Assembly: GCA_032654565.1 (NCBI GenBank)
Contig: JAULAX010000013.1
Location: forward strand, 64,001 to 128,000
Source of the DNA: Anaeromyxobacteraceae bacterium
GTDB lineage: Bacteria; Myxococcota; Myxococcia; Myxococcales; Anaeromyxobacteraceae
Length of the DNA: 64,000 nt
Direction: 5' to 3'
Part shown: piece by piece, positions 30,298 through 41,664 of the stretch
How the letters are laid out: every line of letters starts with the position of its first letter
How positions within the stretch are numbered: position 1 is the stretch's first letter
Notes under the pieces: generated by a model
Databases searched by the model: none
What the model was told of the DNA's origin: nothing
What the model saw: the letters and a program-made list of their open reading frames with translations, nothing else
Translations under genes and position numbers: made by a program

Positions 30298-30500
30298 AGC
30301 CGGGGACGGCGCGGCGGGCGCCTGCACGGCCGGGGTGGCGTCGGAGCCATCGGTGAAGCCAGTTGGCGGTCCATGACGCGCTCCGTCGAGCGCTCGGCCT
30401 GTCGTCCCCGTTCCCCCGACCCCGCTTCCGGGTGTAAACAAGCCCGGCCGGGTCGTTCCTGAAGCCGACCGGCCCGACCGCACCGAGGAGCTCCGCACCC

Positions 30501-31358
30501 ATGGCCTGGTTCTCGAAAGAAAAGAAGCTCAAGTCGAAGGGCGGCGCGGCCGAGGGCCAGCCCGCCCCCGCCAAGAAGGGCGAGGGGATCTGGAACAAGT
30601 GCGACGGGTGCGCCGAGGTGGTCTACAAGGCCGACCTGGAGAAGAACTGGAACGTCTGCCCGCTCTGCGGCCACCACGAGGTCCTGCCGGTGCGGCGGCG
30701 CTTCGACCTGCTGCTCGATCCCGGCACCTTCCAGGAGCTCGACGTCGACCTGACCCCGCAGGACCCGCTCGGCTTCACCGACGCCAAGAAGTACAAGGAC
30801 CGGCTCAAGTCGACGCTCAAGGCCACCGGCCTGCGCGACGCCTTCGTCTCCGGGGTGGGGGCCATCGGCGGCCACCCGGTCTCCATCGGCGCCTTCGCCT
30901 TCGAGTTCATGGGCGGGTCGATGGGCTCGGTGGTGGGCGAGAAGGTGGCCCGGGTCATCGACCGGGCCTACGAGCGGCGCATCCCCTGCATCGTCTTCAG
31001 CTCCACCGGCGGCGCCCGCATGCAGGAGGGGATCTTCTCCCTGATGCAGATGGCCAAGACCTCGGCGGCGCTCAACCGCTTCCGCGCCGTGCACAAGCCC
31101 TACGTCTCGGTGATGCTCCACCCCACCACCGGCGGCGTGGCCGCCTCCTTCGCCTGGCTGGGCGACGTGGTCATCGCGGAGCCCAAGGCCCTGATCGGCT
31201 TCGCCGGCCCGCGGGTCATCGAGCAGACCATCCGCGAGAAGCTGCCGCCCGGGTTCCAGCGCTCCGAGTTCCTGCTGGAGCACGGCATGATCGACGCCAT
31301 CGTGCCGCGCCTGGAGATGCGGGACCGGCTGGCGCAGATCCTCTCGCTGCTGGGCTGA
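30501..31358 (+). CDS. accD: acetyl-CoA carboxylase carboxyltransferase beta subunit
   Basis: Zn finger [46 protein letters not shown]. Confidence 0.97.
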   Translation: MAWFSKEKKLKSKGGAAEGQPAPAKKGEGIWNKCDGCAEVVYKADLEKNWNVCPLCGHHEVLPVRRRFDLLLDPGTFQELDVDLTPQDPLGFTDAKKYKDRLKSTLKATGLRDAFVSGVGAIGGHPVSIGAFAFEFMGGSMGSVVGEKVARVIDRAYERRIPCIVFSSTGGARMQEGIFSLMQMAKTSAALNRFRAVHKPYVSVMLHPTTGGVAASFAWLGDVVIAEPKALIGFAGPRVIEQTIREKLPPGFQRSEFLLEHGMIDAIVPRLEMRDRLAQILSLLG

Positions 31359-31381
31359 AGGCCGGCGGCCCGCGGCGCGGC

Positions 31382-32602
31382 ATGGTCGATCCGCACCGGT
31401 ACCTGGAGGCGCTCTCGCCCCTGGCGATGCGCTTCGGGCTGGAGCGCGTGGCCCGGGCCCTCGACGGGCTCGGCCACCCGGAGCGGGCCGCCCCCATCCT
31501 CCACGTCGCCGGCACCAACGGGAAGGGCTCCACCTGCGCCATGGCCGCGGCCGCCCTGGGCGCCGCCGGGCACCGCGCCGGGCTCTACACCTCGCCGCAC
31601 CTGGAGCGGTTCAACGAGCGGATCGCCGTCGACGGCGCCCCCATCTCCGATGAGGACCTGGCCGAGGCGGTGGCCGAGGTCCGCGCCGCCTGCCCGTGGC
31701 ACGATGGCGGCGAGCCCGAGGAGCGGCTCAGCTACTTCGAGTTCGCCACCCTGGCCGGGCTGGTCCACTTCGCGCGCGCCGGGGTCGGGGTCTCGGTGCT
31801 GGAGGTGGGACTGGGGGGGCGGCTCGACGCCACCAACGCGGTGAGCCCGGCGGTGACCGCGGTGGCCGCCATCGGGCTCGACCACACCCAGTGGCTGGGG
31901 GAGACGGTCGAGGCGGTGGCGCGGGAGAAGGCCGGCATCTTCAAGCCCGGGATCCCGGCGGTGGTCCACGCCGTCCAGCCCCCGGGCGTGCTGGAGGCGC
32001 TGCGCCAGGCGGCGGCCGCGGCCGGGGCCCCCTTCGAGGTGGCGCCGGCCCGCTGGGATGGGCCGGTGGCGCTGGCCGGGGCCCACCAGCGCGGCAACGC
32101 CGGGCTGGCGGCGGCGGCGCTGCGATCCCTGGCCCGGGCGGGTGTGACCGTGGGTGAAGCGGAGATCGCCCGCGGGATCGCCACCGCCCGCTGGCCGGGG
32201 CGGCTGGAGACCGTGGCCGGGGTGCTGCTCGACGGCGCCCACAACCCCGACGGCGCCCGGGCCCTGGCGGCGGCCCTCGGCGAGCTCCACCCCGGCCGGC
32301 CGGTCGAGCTGGTCTTCGGCGCGCTCGGCGACAAGGACCACCGGGGCATGCTGGCTGCCCTGGCGGGCGCGGTGCGCCGGGTCCACCTGGTGGCGCCGGC
32401 GACCCCGCGGGCCCGCGCCGTGGGGGAGCTGGAGGCCGCGGCCGCGGCGCTGGGGCTGCCTTCGGCGCGGCACCACCGGCTGGACGGGGCCCTGGCGGCG
32501 GCGCGGGCCGCGGCGGCCGACGGGGCGCTGGTGGCGGTGGCCGGCTCGCTCTACCTGGTGGGCGAGGCCCGGGCGCTGCTGGGCGCCGGCCCGGAGCGTT
32601 GA
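31382..32602 (+). CDS. folC: folylpolyglutamate synthase/dihydrofolate synthase
   Basis: HVAGTNGKGST, YTSPHL, EVGLGGRLDATN, WPGRLE, DGAHNP. Confidence 0.96.
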   Translation: MVDPHRYLEALSPLAMRFGLERVARALDGLGHPERAAPILHVAGTNGKGSTCAMAAAALGAAGHRAGLYTSPHLERFNERIAVDGAPISDEDLAEAVAEVRAACPWHDGGEPEERLSYFEFATLAGLVHFARAGVGVSVLEVGLGGRLDATNAVSPAVTAVAAIGLDHTQWLGETVEAVAREKAGIFKPGIPAVVHAVQPPGVLEALRQAAAAAGAPFEVAPARWDGPVALAGAHQRGNAGLAAAALRSLARAGVTVGEAEIARGIATARWPGRLETVAGVLLDGAHNPDGARALAAALGELHPGRPVELVFGALGDKDHRGMLAALAGAVRRVHLVAPATPRARAVGELEAAAAALGLPSARHHRLDGALAAARAAAADGALVAVAGSLYLVGEARALLGAGPER

Positions 32603-32703
32603 GGACCGCCGCGGCGCCGGCCGATATCGGCGGGGCCGGATTCTTCGGGCCCCGGGAGGTGCGTGCTATCTTTTTCGCCGGAATCGACCGACGGAGCCCT
32701 CCG

Positions 32704-34314
32704 ATGCGATCCAGCCTGTCCCTCGCCCTCTGCCTCACTCTCCTCGCCGGCGCCGCCCAGGCGCAGGACCTCAACGTCATCACTGGAGTCGAGGTGAAGG
32801 CGGAGGGCAACCTGGTGCTGGTGACGGTGAAGGGGAGCAAGCCGCCCAACTTCACCACCTTCTCGATGGCCGACCCGGCCCGCTTCGTCATCGACTTCTC
32901 CGAGGCCAGGTTCCAGGGCGTGCCCGAGGACGTGCGCGTCGACGACGGCGTGATCCGGGTGGTCAAGAACCTGGCCTACGGCGCCGGCGCCACCGCCATC
33001 GCGCGGGTGATGCTGGCCTTCAGCGTCGACGTGGAACCTCCCGACGTCCAGACCGACGGCAACTCGCTGGTGGTGAAGGTGTTCAAGCCGGGGGCCGCCG
33101 CCGTGGCCGCCGCCCCCGCCGGGGCCGGCGCGGCCCCGGTCGCGGCTGCCGCCGAGGACGCCGCGGCCAAGGCCACGGTCGCCAAGGCCGAGGCCGACGA
33201 GGCGGCTCGCCAGGAGGCGCTGGCGCGCGACCGGCGCGAGGCCGAGGCCAGGGAGCAGGCCCGGCTGACCGCCGAGGCGACCGCCAAGGAGCGCGAGGCC
33301 CAGGCCAGGGCCGAGGCCGAGGCCCGGACCCGCGAGGCCGAGAAGGTGGCCGCCGAGCAGGCCGCGGCCGACGAGGCCGCCCGGGTGGCGGCCGAGGCGC
33401 GCCGCGCCGAGATCAAGGCCAAGGTCGCCGCCGGGGAGGCCCAGCCGGTCAAGCTCCAGGAGGAGCCGGTGGCCGCCGCCGAGGCGAAGCCGACCGCCGG
33501 CGAAGTGGCCGCCGCCGAGCAGGCCAAGGCCGATGCCCAGGCCAGGCGGGAGATCGACCAGGCCCTTGCCGCCCAGCAGACTGCCGACGCCAGGGCTGCC
33601 GACGCCAGGGCTGCCGACGCCAGGGCTGCCGACGCCAGGGCTGCCGACGCCAGGGCTGCCGACGCCAGGGCTGCCGACGCCAGGGCTGCCGACGCCAGGG
33701 CTGCCGACGCCAGGGCTGCCGACGCCAGGGCTGCCGACGCCAGGGCCGCCGACGCCAGGGCCGCCGACGCCAGGGCCGCCGCCGCGCCCGCCTCCCGGCC
33801 GCTCTCCCCGATGACCGAGGTCCCGCCGCCGCCGGCCCGCCCGTCCAAGCTGCAGGCGGTCGGCTTCCAGCAGCTGCCCACCGTTTCCCGGGTCTTCGTG
33901 AAGACCAGCGTCACGCCCCGCTTCACCATCACCGACGTCGGCGACGACGTGGTGCGCCTGGAGGTGGAGAACACCAGGTCGAGCCGGCGCAACGACACCC
34001 GCCCGCTCGACACCTCGTTCTTCCCGTCGGCGGTGGCGATGATCACGCCCAGCAAGCAGGGCACCTCCTACGTCGTCGACATCAAGCTCAGGAAGCGGGT
34101 CCCCTACCAGCAGAAGCTGGAGGGGGACGTGCTGGCCATCGACTTCGAGCGGCCCGCCGCCGGCGCGGGCGAGGCCGCCGGCCGGCCGGCCGCCGCCACC
34201 GGCGAGGGCAGCCAGGACAACCAGCAGGGGATCATCGTCGCCCCCGAGGAGAAGGCCGGCGAGGCCGCCCCGGACGACGCCGAGCCCGCGGCGGAGCCGC
34301 CCGCGAAGCAGTAG
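32704..34314 (+). CDS. secreted AMIN-domain protein with Ala-rich helical linker
   Basis: Sec signal; N-terminal FSMADPARFVIDF (AMIN); second beta-rich domain at the C-terminus. Confidence 0.78.
   Translation: MRSSLSLALCLTLLAGAAQAQDLNVITGVEVKAEGNLVLVTVKGSKPPNFTTFSMADPARFVIDFSEARFQGVPEDVRVDDGVIRVVKNLAYGAGATAIARVMLAFSVDVEPPDVQTDGNSLVVKVFKPGAAAVAAAPAGAGAAPVAAAAEDAAAKATVAKAEADEAARQEALARDRREAEAREQARLTAEATAKEREAQARAEAEARTREAEKVAAEQAAADEAARVAAEARRAEIKAKVAAGEAQPVKLQEEPVAAAEAKPTAGEVAAAEQAKADAQARREIDQALAAQQTADARAADARAADARAADARAADARAADARAADARAADARAADARAADARAADARAADARAADARAAAAPASRPLSPMTEVPPPPARPSKLQAVGFQQLPTVSRVFVKTSVTPRFTITDVGDDVVRLEVENTRSSRRNDTRPLDTSFFPSAVAMITPSKQGTSYVVDIKLRKRVPYQQKLEGDVLAIDFERPAAGAGEAAGRPAAATGEGSQDNQQGIIVAPEEKAGEAAPDDAEPAAEPPAKQ
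33583..33777 (+). repeat. coding VNTR, 13 x 15 bp (ADARA)
   Basis: 10 x GCCGACGCCAGGGCT followed by 3 x GCCGACGCCAGGGCC. Confidence 0.97.
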
Positions 34315-34323
34315 AGTCCCCGG

Positions 34324-36843
34324 GTGCCCATTCTCGTCGCCCTGGCCGCGGCCGGGTTGTTCGCCGCCGCCGCCCCGCCGCCAGGCGAGGGGAGCGACGG
34401 GGGCGAGGCCAGGGTCAAGGCCACCACCGCCAGCTTCGACGTCGCCACCGGCACCTACCGGCTCGAGGGCGAGGTGCAGATCACCCGCGGGGCCGTGACG
34501 CTGCGGGCCGGGAGGGCCTCCTACGACTCCCGCACCGGCGAGGTGACCGCCAGCGGCGGCGTGCTGCTGATCGACCCCACCCGGGTGCTCTCCGCCGAGG
34601 AGGTCCACGCCCTCCTCGACGGTCCGTTCGAGGCCCGCCAGGTGGTGGCCTACTACAAGCTCAAGCCGACCCGCTTCGGGGCCGCGGCCACGCTGGAGGA
34701 GGCCGCCCGCTGCGGCCCCAACAGCCTGCGCGCCGAGGGGCGGGAGGTCACCAGCGGCGGCGACGGCCGGCTCCTGCTCAAGGAGGCCAGGCTCTCGCTC
34801 TGCGACTGCCCGGGCGGCGGGGCGCCCTCCTGGGAGCTGCGGTCGCGGTCCTCCACGGTGTCCCCGGGGCAGGAGGCGCGGCTGGAGTGGCCGGTGCTCT
34901 ACCTGACGCCCCGCTTCCTCTTCATCGACCACCCGGTGCCGGTGCTGACGCTCCCCTGGCTCACCGTGCCGCTGGCGCCGCGGGTCTCCGGCCTGCTGGT
35001 CCCCCTGCTCGGCTCCACCGGGCCGACCGGCTGGACGGTGGGCCAGCCCATCTTCCTGACGCTGGGCCCTTCCGCCGACCTGACCGTGGCCCCGGGGTAC
35101 GCCTTTGGCCAGGCGGCCTCGGCGGTGGCGCGGGGCGACGCCTCGGTGCGGGGACCGGGGGTGGCGCTGGAGGGGCGCTGGGCCCCGGTGGACGGGGCGG
35201 CCGGCCTGCTCCGGCTCGACCTCCAGGACGACCTCGACGACGAGGCGGTGCCGGCCCAGGGGATCGTCGGGGCCTCCGGACTCCGCTGGGCGCTGCGCGG
35301 CGACTGGGCCCAGCGCTTCGGCGACCAGACCTCGCTGCGGGTGGCGCTCGACACCGTGGGCGATCCGCTCTACGTGCGCGACTTCAACGCCGACCTGCGG
35401 ATCCGCGACGCCACCTCGCGCCGCTCGGCGGCCGTCCTCTCCCACCGGACCGATCACCTGGCCCTGGAGCTGGCGGCCGGGTGGCTGCAGCCGGTGGCCC
35501 GCAACGGCTCGCTCAGCGTCATCGACAACGGCCTGGTGGGCAGCGCGCTCCCCGGCTTCCAGCGCTGGCCGTCGCTCTCGGCGACGCTGGCGCCGTGGCC
35601 GCTGGCCGGCCCCATCCTGCTCTCCGGCCGGCTCGGAGCCACCCGCGCCGCGCCGCTCCACGGCGGCACCTCCGACGGGGGCGCCGACGGCGTCGGCCCG
35701 GCCGACCGCGGCTGGAAGCGCGACGCGGCCGACCCCACCGAGCTCGACGGCGCCTGGCAGCCGGGGGAGCGGCTGGGCGCGACCCGGCTCGACGCCCGGG
35801 CCGAAATGGCGGCCCCGCTCCAGCTAAGCTGGCTCTCGGTGATGCCGTGGGCCCGCGCCGCCGTGCTCGGCTACGCCTTCGACGACGCCGCCTCGGCGCG
35901 CGCCAACGGCTGGTGGGTGGGCGGGCTGGAGCTGACCACGCTGCTGAGCCGGCGCTACGGCGACCTGCTCCACGTGCTGGAGCCGCGGGTGGAGTGGCTG
36001 CTGGTCAGCCCGGTGATGGGCCGGTCCCTGCCGGCCTTCGGCTACGACGCTTGGGATCGCACCGACGCCACCCCGGCCGGGACCGGCGCGGCCTTCGTGG
36101 CCCCGCGCTACGCCGCGGCGGCGCCGCCGGGCCGCTCCAACCAGCTGCGGGTGGCGCTGGCCTCCTGGCTCCACTCGCCCGACTTCGCGCTGCTGCGTGG
36201 CGAGGTGGGGCAGGAGGTCGACCTGGAGCGCGGCAAGCTGGCCGAAGGGTACGTCAGCGCCGCCGCCAGCCGCGGCTACGTCACCGGCGAGGCCGAGGTG
36301 CGGTTCTGGACCGCGGGCCGGCCGGACGCGGCCTCGCAGCCGGTGGTCACCTCCTGGCTGGACCGCTTCTCCGAGCTGAGGCTGCGGGTCTCCCTCGAGG
36401 ACGGCCGGGGAGACGGCGTCCACGGCGGGCTGCTGGCCTTCGGCCCCGGCGGCTCCGGCCGGATCGGCGCCGGCGTCGACTCGCTCTTCGACGCCCGCCC
36501 CATCTCCATCCGCCCCCTCGACCAGGCCGCCACCGGCACCCTGGGGGCCGAGGCCCTGGCCTCGGCGACCCTGGGGGCCCGGGTGCGCCTCGGACCGGCC
36601 AGCTTCGGCTACGACGTGCTGCTGCCGGCGCGGACCACCGAGGTCAGCTCATGCCAGGCGGGCGCCGCGCCGCGCACCATCGGCCCCTGGCACATCCAGC
36701 AGCAGAACGCCTGGGCCCAGTGGGACTCGCCCTGCCGCTGCTTCAAGCTCAAGGTGGCGGTCGGGGTCAGCGACTGCGGCGGCATCCCCAGCTTCAAGGT
36801 CGACCTCGGGCTGGGTGCGTTCGGCGCCACCCGCTTCCAGTGA
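34324..36843 (+). CDS. lptD: LPS-assembly protein LptD-like outer-membrane protein
   Basis: Signal peptide; OstA-like N-terminus; CDC..PSW motif; RVSGLLVP; LHVLEPRVEW; C-terminal SPCRCF. Confidence 0.75.
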   Translation: MPILVALAAAGLFAAAAPPPGEGSDGGEARVKATTASFDVATGTYRLEGEVQITRGAVTLRAGRASYDSRTGEVTASGGVLLIDPTRVLSAEEVHALLDGPFEARQVVAYYKLKPTRFGAAATLEEAARCGPNSLRAEGREVTSGGDGRLLLKEARLSLCDCPGGGAPSWELRSRSSTVSPGQEARLEWPVLYLTPRFLFIDHPVPVLTLPWLTVPLAPRVSGLLVPLLGSTGPTGWTVGQPIFLTLGPSADLTVAPGYAFGQAASAVARGDASVRGPGVALEGRWAPVDGAAGLLRLDLQDDLDDEAVPAQGIVGASGLRWALRGDWAQRFGDQTSLRVALDTVGDPLYVRDFNADLRIRDATSRRSAAVLSHRTDHLALELAAGWLQPVARNGSLSVIDNGLVGSALPGFQRWPSLSATLAPWPLAGPILLSGRLGATRAAPLHGGTSDGGADGVGPADRGWKRDAADPTELDGAWQPGERLGATRLDARAEMAAPLQLSWLSVMPWARAAVLGYAFDDAASARANGWWVGGLELTTLLSRRYGDLLHVLEPRVEWLLVSPVMGRSLPAFGYDAWDRTDATPAGTGAAFVAPRYAAAAPPGRSNQLRVALASWLHSPDFALLRGEVGQEVDLERGKLAEGYVSAAASRGYVTGEAEVRFWTAGRPDAASQPVVTSWLDRFSELRLRVSLEDGRGDGVHGGLLAFGPGGSGRIGAGVDSLFDARPISIRPLDQAATGTLGAEALASATLGARVRLGPASFGYDVLLPARTTEVSSCQAGAAPRTIGPWHIQQQNAWAQWDSPCRCFKLKVAVGVSDCGGIPSFKVDLGLGAFGATRFQ

Positions 36844-36888
36844 GGGGGACCCTCTGCTACAAACGGGCGAGTCCACCCCGGAGATCCC

Positions 36889-37557
36889 GTGACGTCCCCC
36901 CGCTCCCCGCGAGCCACGCCGCGCCGCCTCCCCACCGACGCCCCGGAGCCGGAGAAGCGCCGCGCCATCCTGCACGCCGCGGTGCGGGTCTTCGCCGAGA
37001 AGGGGTACCACGGCTGCCGCATCGCCGACGTGGCCCGCGCCGCCGGGGTGGCCTACGGGCTGGTCTACCACTACTTCCAGAACAAGGACGAGCTGCTGGA
37101 GAGCGTCTTCGCCGAGCAGTGGACCATCCTGCTGGCGGCGCTGAAGGCCATCCAGGACGGGCCGGGGACCGCCAGCGAGAAGATCGCCGGCGTGCTCGGC
37201 TTCGTGCTCGACGTCTTCAAGACCGCCCCCACCGCGGTGCGGGTGCTCATCCTCGAGGTGGCCCGCACCCCCAAGGTGCTCCGCTCCGGCTCGACCCCGG
37301 AGACCTTCTTCAGCGCCATCGGCATCATCGCCGAGGTGGTCAGGGCCGGGCAGGAGTCGGGCGAGCTGCGCGCCGACCTCGAGCCGGTGGTGGCCGCCAC
37401 CGGCATCCTCGGGGCGCTGGAGATGACCGTGACCGGGCTGGTGGTCGGGCTGGTCCGTCCGGTCGGGCCGCCCGAGGAGCAGATCGACGTGGTCAAGGGT
37501 CAGCTGGTCACCATGGTGCTCGGGGGGCTGCATGCGCCCGGGCGCCGGGCCGGTTAG
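36889..37557 (+). CDS. TetR/AcrR-family transcriptional regulator
   Basis: ILHAAVRVFAEKGYH..IADVARAAGVAYGLVYHYFQNKDEL. Confidence 0.93.
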   Translation: MTSPRSPRATPRRLPTDAPEPEKRRAILHAAVRVFAEKGYHGCRIADVARAAGVAYGLVYHYFQNKDELLESVFAEQWTILLAALKAIQDGPGTASEKIAGVLGFVLDVFKTAPTAVRVLILEVARTPKVLRSGSTPETFFSAIGIIAEVVRAGQESGELRADLEPVVAATGILGALEMTVTGLVVGLVRPVGPPEEQIDVVKGQLVTMVLGGLHAPGRRAG

Positions 37558-37589
37558 GTCACCGGTCCCCCAGGGTCAGGAGCAACCCC

Positions 37590-39173
37590 ATGTCGCGTGT
37601 CCTCGTCGCCGATGATCTCTCGCCGGAAGCCGTCGCCATCCTCCGCGCCGCCGGGCTGGAGGTGGACGTCAAGGTCGGCCTCAAGCCGGACGAGCTGCTG
37701 GCCATCATCGGCGGCTACGACGGGCTGGCGGTGCGCAGCGCCACCAAGGTGACCGCCAAGGTGCTCGAGGCCGCCACCCGGCTCAAGGTGGTGGGCCGGG
37801 CCGGCGTCGGCGTCGACAACGTCGACCTGGCGGCGGCCACCCGCAAGGGCGTGGTGGTGATGAACACCCCGGGCGGCTCCTCGACCACGGTGGCCGAGCT
37901 GGCCCTGGCGATGATGCTGTCGCTCTCCCGGCACGTCGCCGCCGCCACCGCCAGCGTCAAGGCCGGCAAGTGGGAGAAGAAGAAGTTCCAGGGGCACGAG
38001 CTGGCCGGCAAGACCCTGGGCGTGGTGGGCATCGGCAACATCGGCTCGGTCCTGGTCGACCGCTGCCTGGCCCTGAAGATGAAGGTGATCGCCTACGACC
38101 CCTTCATCTCGCCGGAGGCGGCGGCCAAGCTGGGGGTGCGGCTGGTGGCGATCGAGGCGCTCTGGGGCGAGGCCGACGTCATCTCGGTCCACGTGCCGCT
38201 CACCGACCAGACCCGCCACATGATCAACGCCGCCACGCTGGCGCGGATGAAGCCCACCGCGCTGCTGGTCAACTGCGCCCGCGGCGGCATCGTCGACGAG
38301 CCGGCCCTGGCGGCCGCGCTGGCCGCCGGCCGCCTCGGCGGCGCGGCGCTGGACGTCTTCGAGCAGGAGCCGCCCCCGGCCGACCACCCGCTCCTCACGC
38401 TCGACAACGTGGTGCTCACCCCGCACCTGGGGGCCTCCACCGAGGAGGCGCAGGCGGCGGTGGCGGTGGCCATCGCCGAGCAGCTGGCCGCCTACCTGAA
38501 GGCGGGGGTGGTCAAGAACGCCATCAACGTCCCCAGCCTGGGGGCCGAGGTGCTGGCTCAGCTCGGCCCCTACCTGCCGCTGGCCGAGAAGCTGGGGGCG
38601 CTGGCCGGGCAGCTGGCGCCGGCAGGCCCGACCGAGGTGGTGGTGTCGCTGGCCGGTGACCTGGCCGGGGCGCCGGCCCGGCCGCTGGCCAGCCGCGTCC
38701 TGGTCGGCCTGCTGCGCCACGCCAGCGAGTCGCCGGTCAACGAGGTGAGCGCGCCGGAGGTGGCCCGCGAGCGCGGCCTGACGCTCCGCGAGGAGCGGGT
38801 CACGGCGCCGCAGGACTACGCCGGGCTGCTCACGGTCACGGTGCGGGGGCAGGGTGGGGAAGCCACGGTGGCCGGCACGGTCTACGGCAAGGCCGAGGCC
38901 CGCCTGGTCCGCCTCGGCGCCTTCCGGCTCGAGGCGGTGCCGGAGGGGACGGTGCTGCTCTGCGAGAACGACGACGCCCCCGGCGTGGTCGGCAACCTCG
39001 GCACCACCCTGGGCGCCGCCGGCGTCAACATCGCCCGGATCTCGCTCTCCCGCACCGACGACCGGACCCGGGCCTTCGCCTTCCTCAACATCGACTCCAC
39101 CCCCACCGCCGAGGTGCTGGCCAGGATCATGGCCCTGCCCCACGTCCGGACGGTGAAGGTCATCACCCTCTAG
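37590..39173 (+). CDS. serA: D-3-phosphoglycerate dehydrogenase
   Basis: VRSATKV, GRAGVGVDNVD, GIGNIG, NCARGGIVDE, TPHLGASTEEAQ; C-terminal ACT domain. Confidence 0.96.
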   Translation: MSRVLVADDLSPEAVAILRAAGLEVDVKVGLKPDELLAIIGGYDGLAVRSATKVTAKVLEAATRLKVVGRAGVGVDNVDLAAATRKGVVVMNTPGGSSTTVAELALAMMLSLSRHVAAATASVKAGKWEKKKFQGHELAGKTLGVVGIGNIGSVLVDRCLALKMKVIAYDPFISPEAAAKLGVRLVAIEALWGEADVISVHVPLTDQTRHMINAATLARMKPTALLVNCARGGIVDEPALAAALAAGRLGGAALDVFEQEPPPADHPLLTLDNVVLTPHLGASTEEAQAAVAVAIAEQLAAYLKAGVVKNAINVPSLGAEVLAQLGPYLPLAEKLGALAGQLAPAGPTEVVVSLAGDLAGAPARPLASRVLVGLLRHASESPVNEVSAPEVARERGLTLREERVTAPQDYAGLLTVTVRGQGGEATVAGTVYGKAEARLVRLGAFRLEAVPEGTVLLCENDDAPGVVGNLGTTLGAAGVNIARISLSRTDDRTRAFAFLNIDSTPTAEVLARIMALPHVRTVKVITL

Positions 39174-39178
39174 CCACC

Positions 39179-40202
39179 ATGGGTCACATGCTCGACCTCT
39201 CGCTCCCCACCGGCCTGCGCGACCTGCTCCCCGACCACTCGGCCCACCTGGCCGAGCTCTCGGGGCGGCTGCAGCAGGTCTTCGCCAGCTTCGGCTACCG
39301 GCGGCTCTTCCTGCCGACGCTGGAGCGGCTCGACGTGGTGGAGCGCGGGCTCTCGGCGGCGGCCCTGGCCGACGTCATGAAGTTCGTCGAGCCCGGCTCC
39401 GGCGAGGTGGTGGCCATCCGGCCCGACATCACGCCGCAGATCGCCCGGCTCTACGCCTCCCGCCCCGACGCGCTGCCGGCGCCGGCCCGGCTCTGCTACG
39501 ACGGCCCGGTGCTGCGGGCCCGCGAGGCCCGGGCCGGGAGGCCGCGCGAGGTCTACCAGGCCGGCGTCGAGCTGCTGGGCGTGGGCGGTCCCCGCTCCGA
39601 CGCCGAGGCGCTGCTGGTGCTGTCGAAGGCGCTGGCGCGGGTGGGGCTGGGCGCGGCGGTCATCGAGGTGGGGCACGCCCGCTTCGCCGCCGCCGCCATC
39701 GAGGCGGCCGGCCTGCCCCGCAGGGCGCTGCCCGAGGCCTGGGACGCGCTGGCCCGCAAGGACGAGGGAGTGCTGACCCGCCTGGCGGCCCGGGGGCGCG
39801 GGGCCGGGGCGGCGCGCCTGGCCCTGCCGCGGCTGGCCGGGCTCTACGGCGACGGGGCGCTGCCGCGGGCCCGGAGCTTCGCCAGGGAGGTGCCGGCCTG
39901 CGCGCCGGCCCTGGCCGAGGTGGAGGCGGCGCTCCGGCTGGCGAGGCGCAAGGGGCTGGGCGAGGTGGCGGTCGACCTCGGCGAGATCCGCGGGCTGGGC
40001 CTACTACACCGGCCTCACCTTCGCCGGCTACGCGCCGGGGGCGGGGGCGGCGGTGGCGGCCGGCGGGCGGTACGACGAATTGCTGGGACGCTTCGGGCGC
40101 CCCGGACCGGCCATCGGCTTCGGTATCGACCTCGAGTTCGCCACCCAGGCGCTGGAGCGGCGCGCCAGCGACCGGCCCCGGCGCGCGGCAGCTCGTCGCT
40201 AG
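39179..40202 (+). pseudogene. hisZ: ATP phosphoribosyltransferase regulatory subunit, frameshifted near 40001 (real lesion or sequencing error)
   Basis: LPTGLRD, IRPDITPQIAR, YQAGVEL. After GEIRGLG an extra C moves the conserved YYTGLTF..GGRYDELLGRFG..AIGF into another frame ending at TAG 40200-40202. Confidence 0.85.
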
Positions 40203-40306
40203 CGCCCCCGGGCGCCTGCTGGTAGATTCCTGCCTGTTTGCGCGCCTCCAACGCGTCCGCGTCCACCGCGGGGCGCCCGGCGGCGGCCACCCGAAGACAC
40301 CCGTAG

Positions 40307-41617
<1,311 letters not shown>

Positions 41618-41664
41618 GGTGGACGGGGCCGGCCCGGCCGCCTCGCCTCACCGGAGCCACCACC

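Noticed and set aside
32154..39173. 2339-aa ORF and other very long ORFs in the track (e.g. 58090-62286, 14657-17689, 32551-35661)
   Set aside because: Shadow frames caused by stop-codon scarcity at high GC; only the serA part (37590-39173) of the 2339-aa ORF is a real protein
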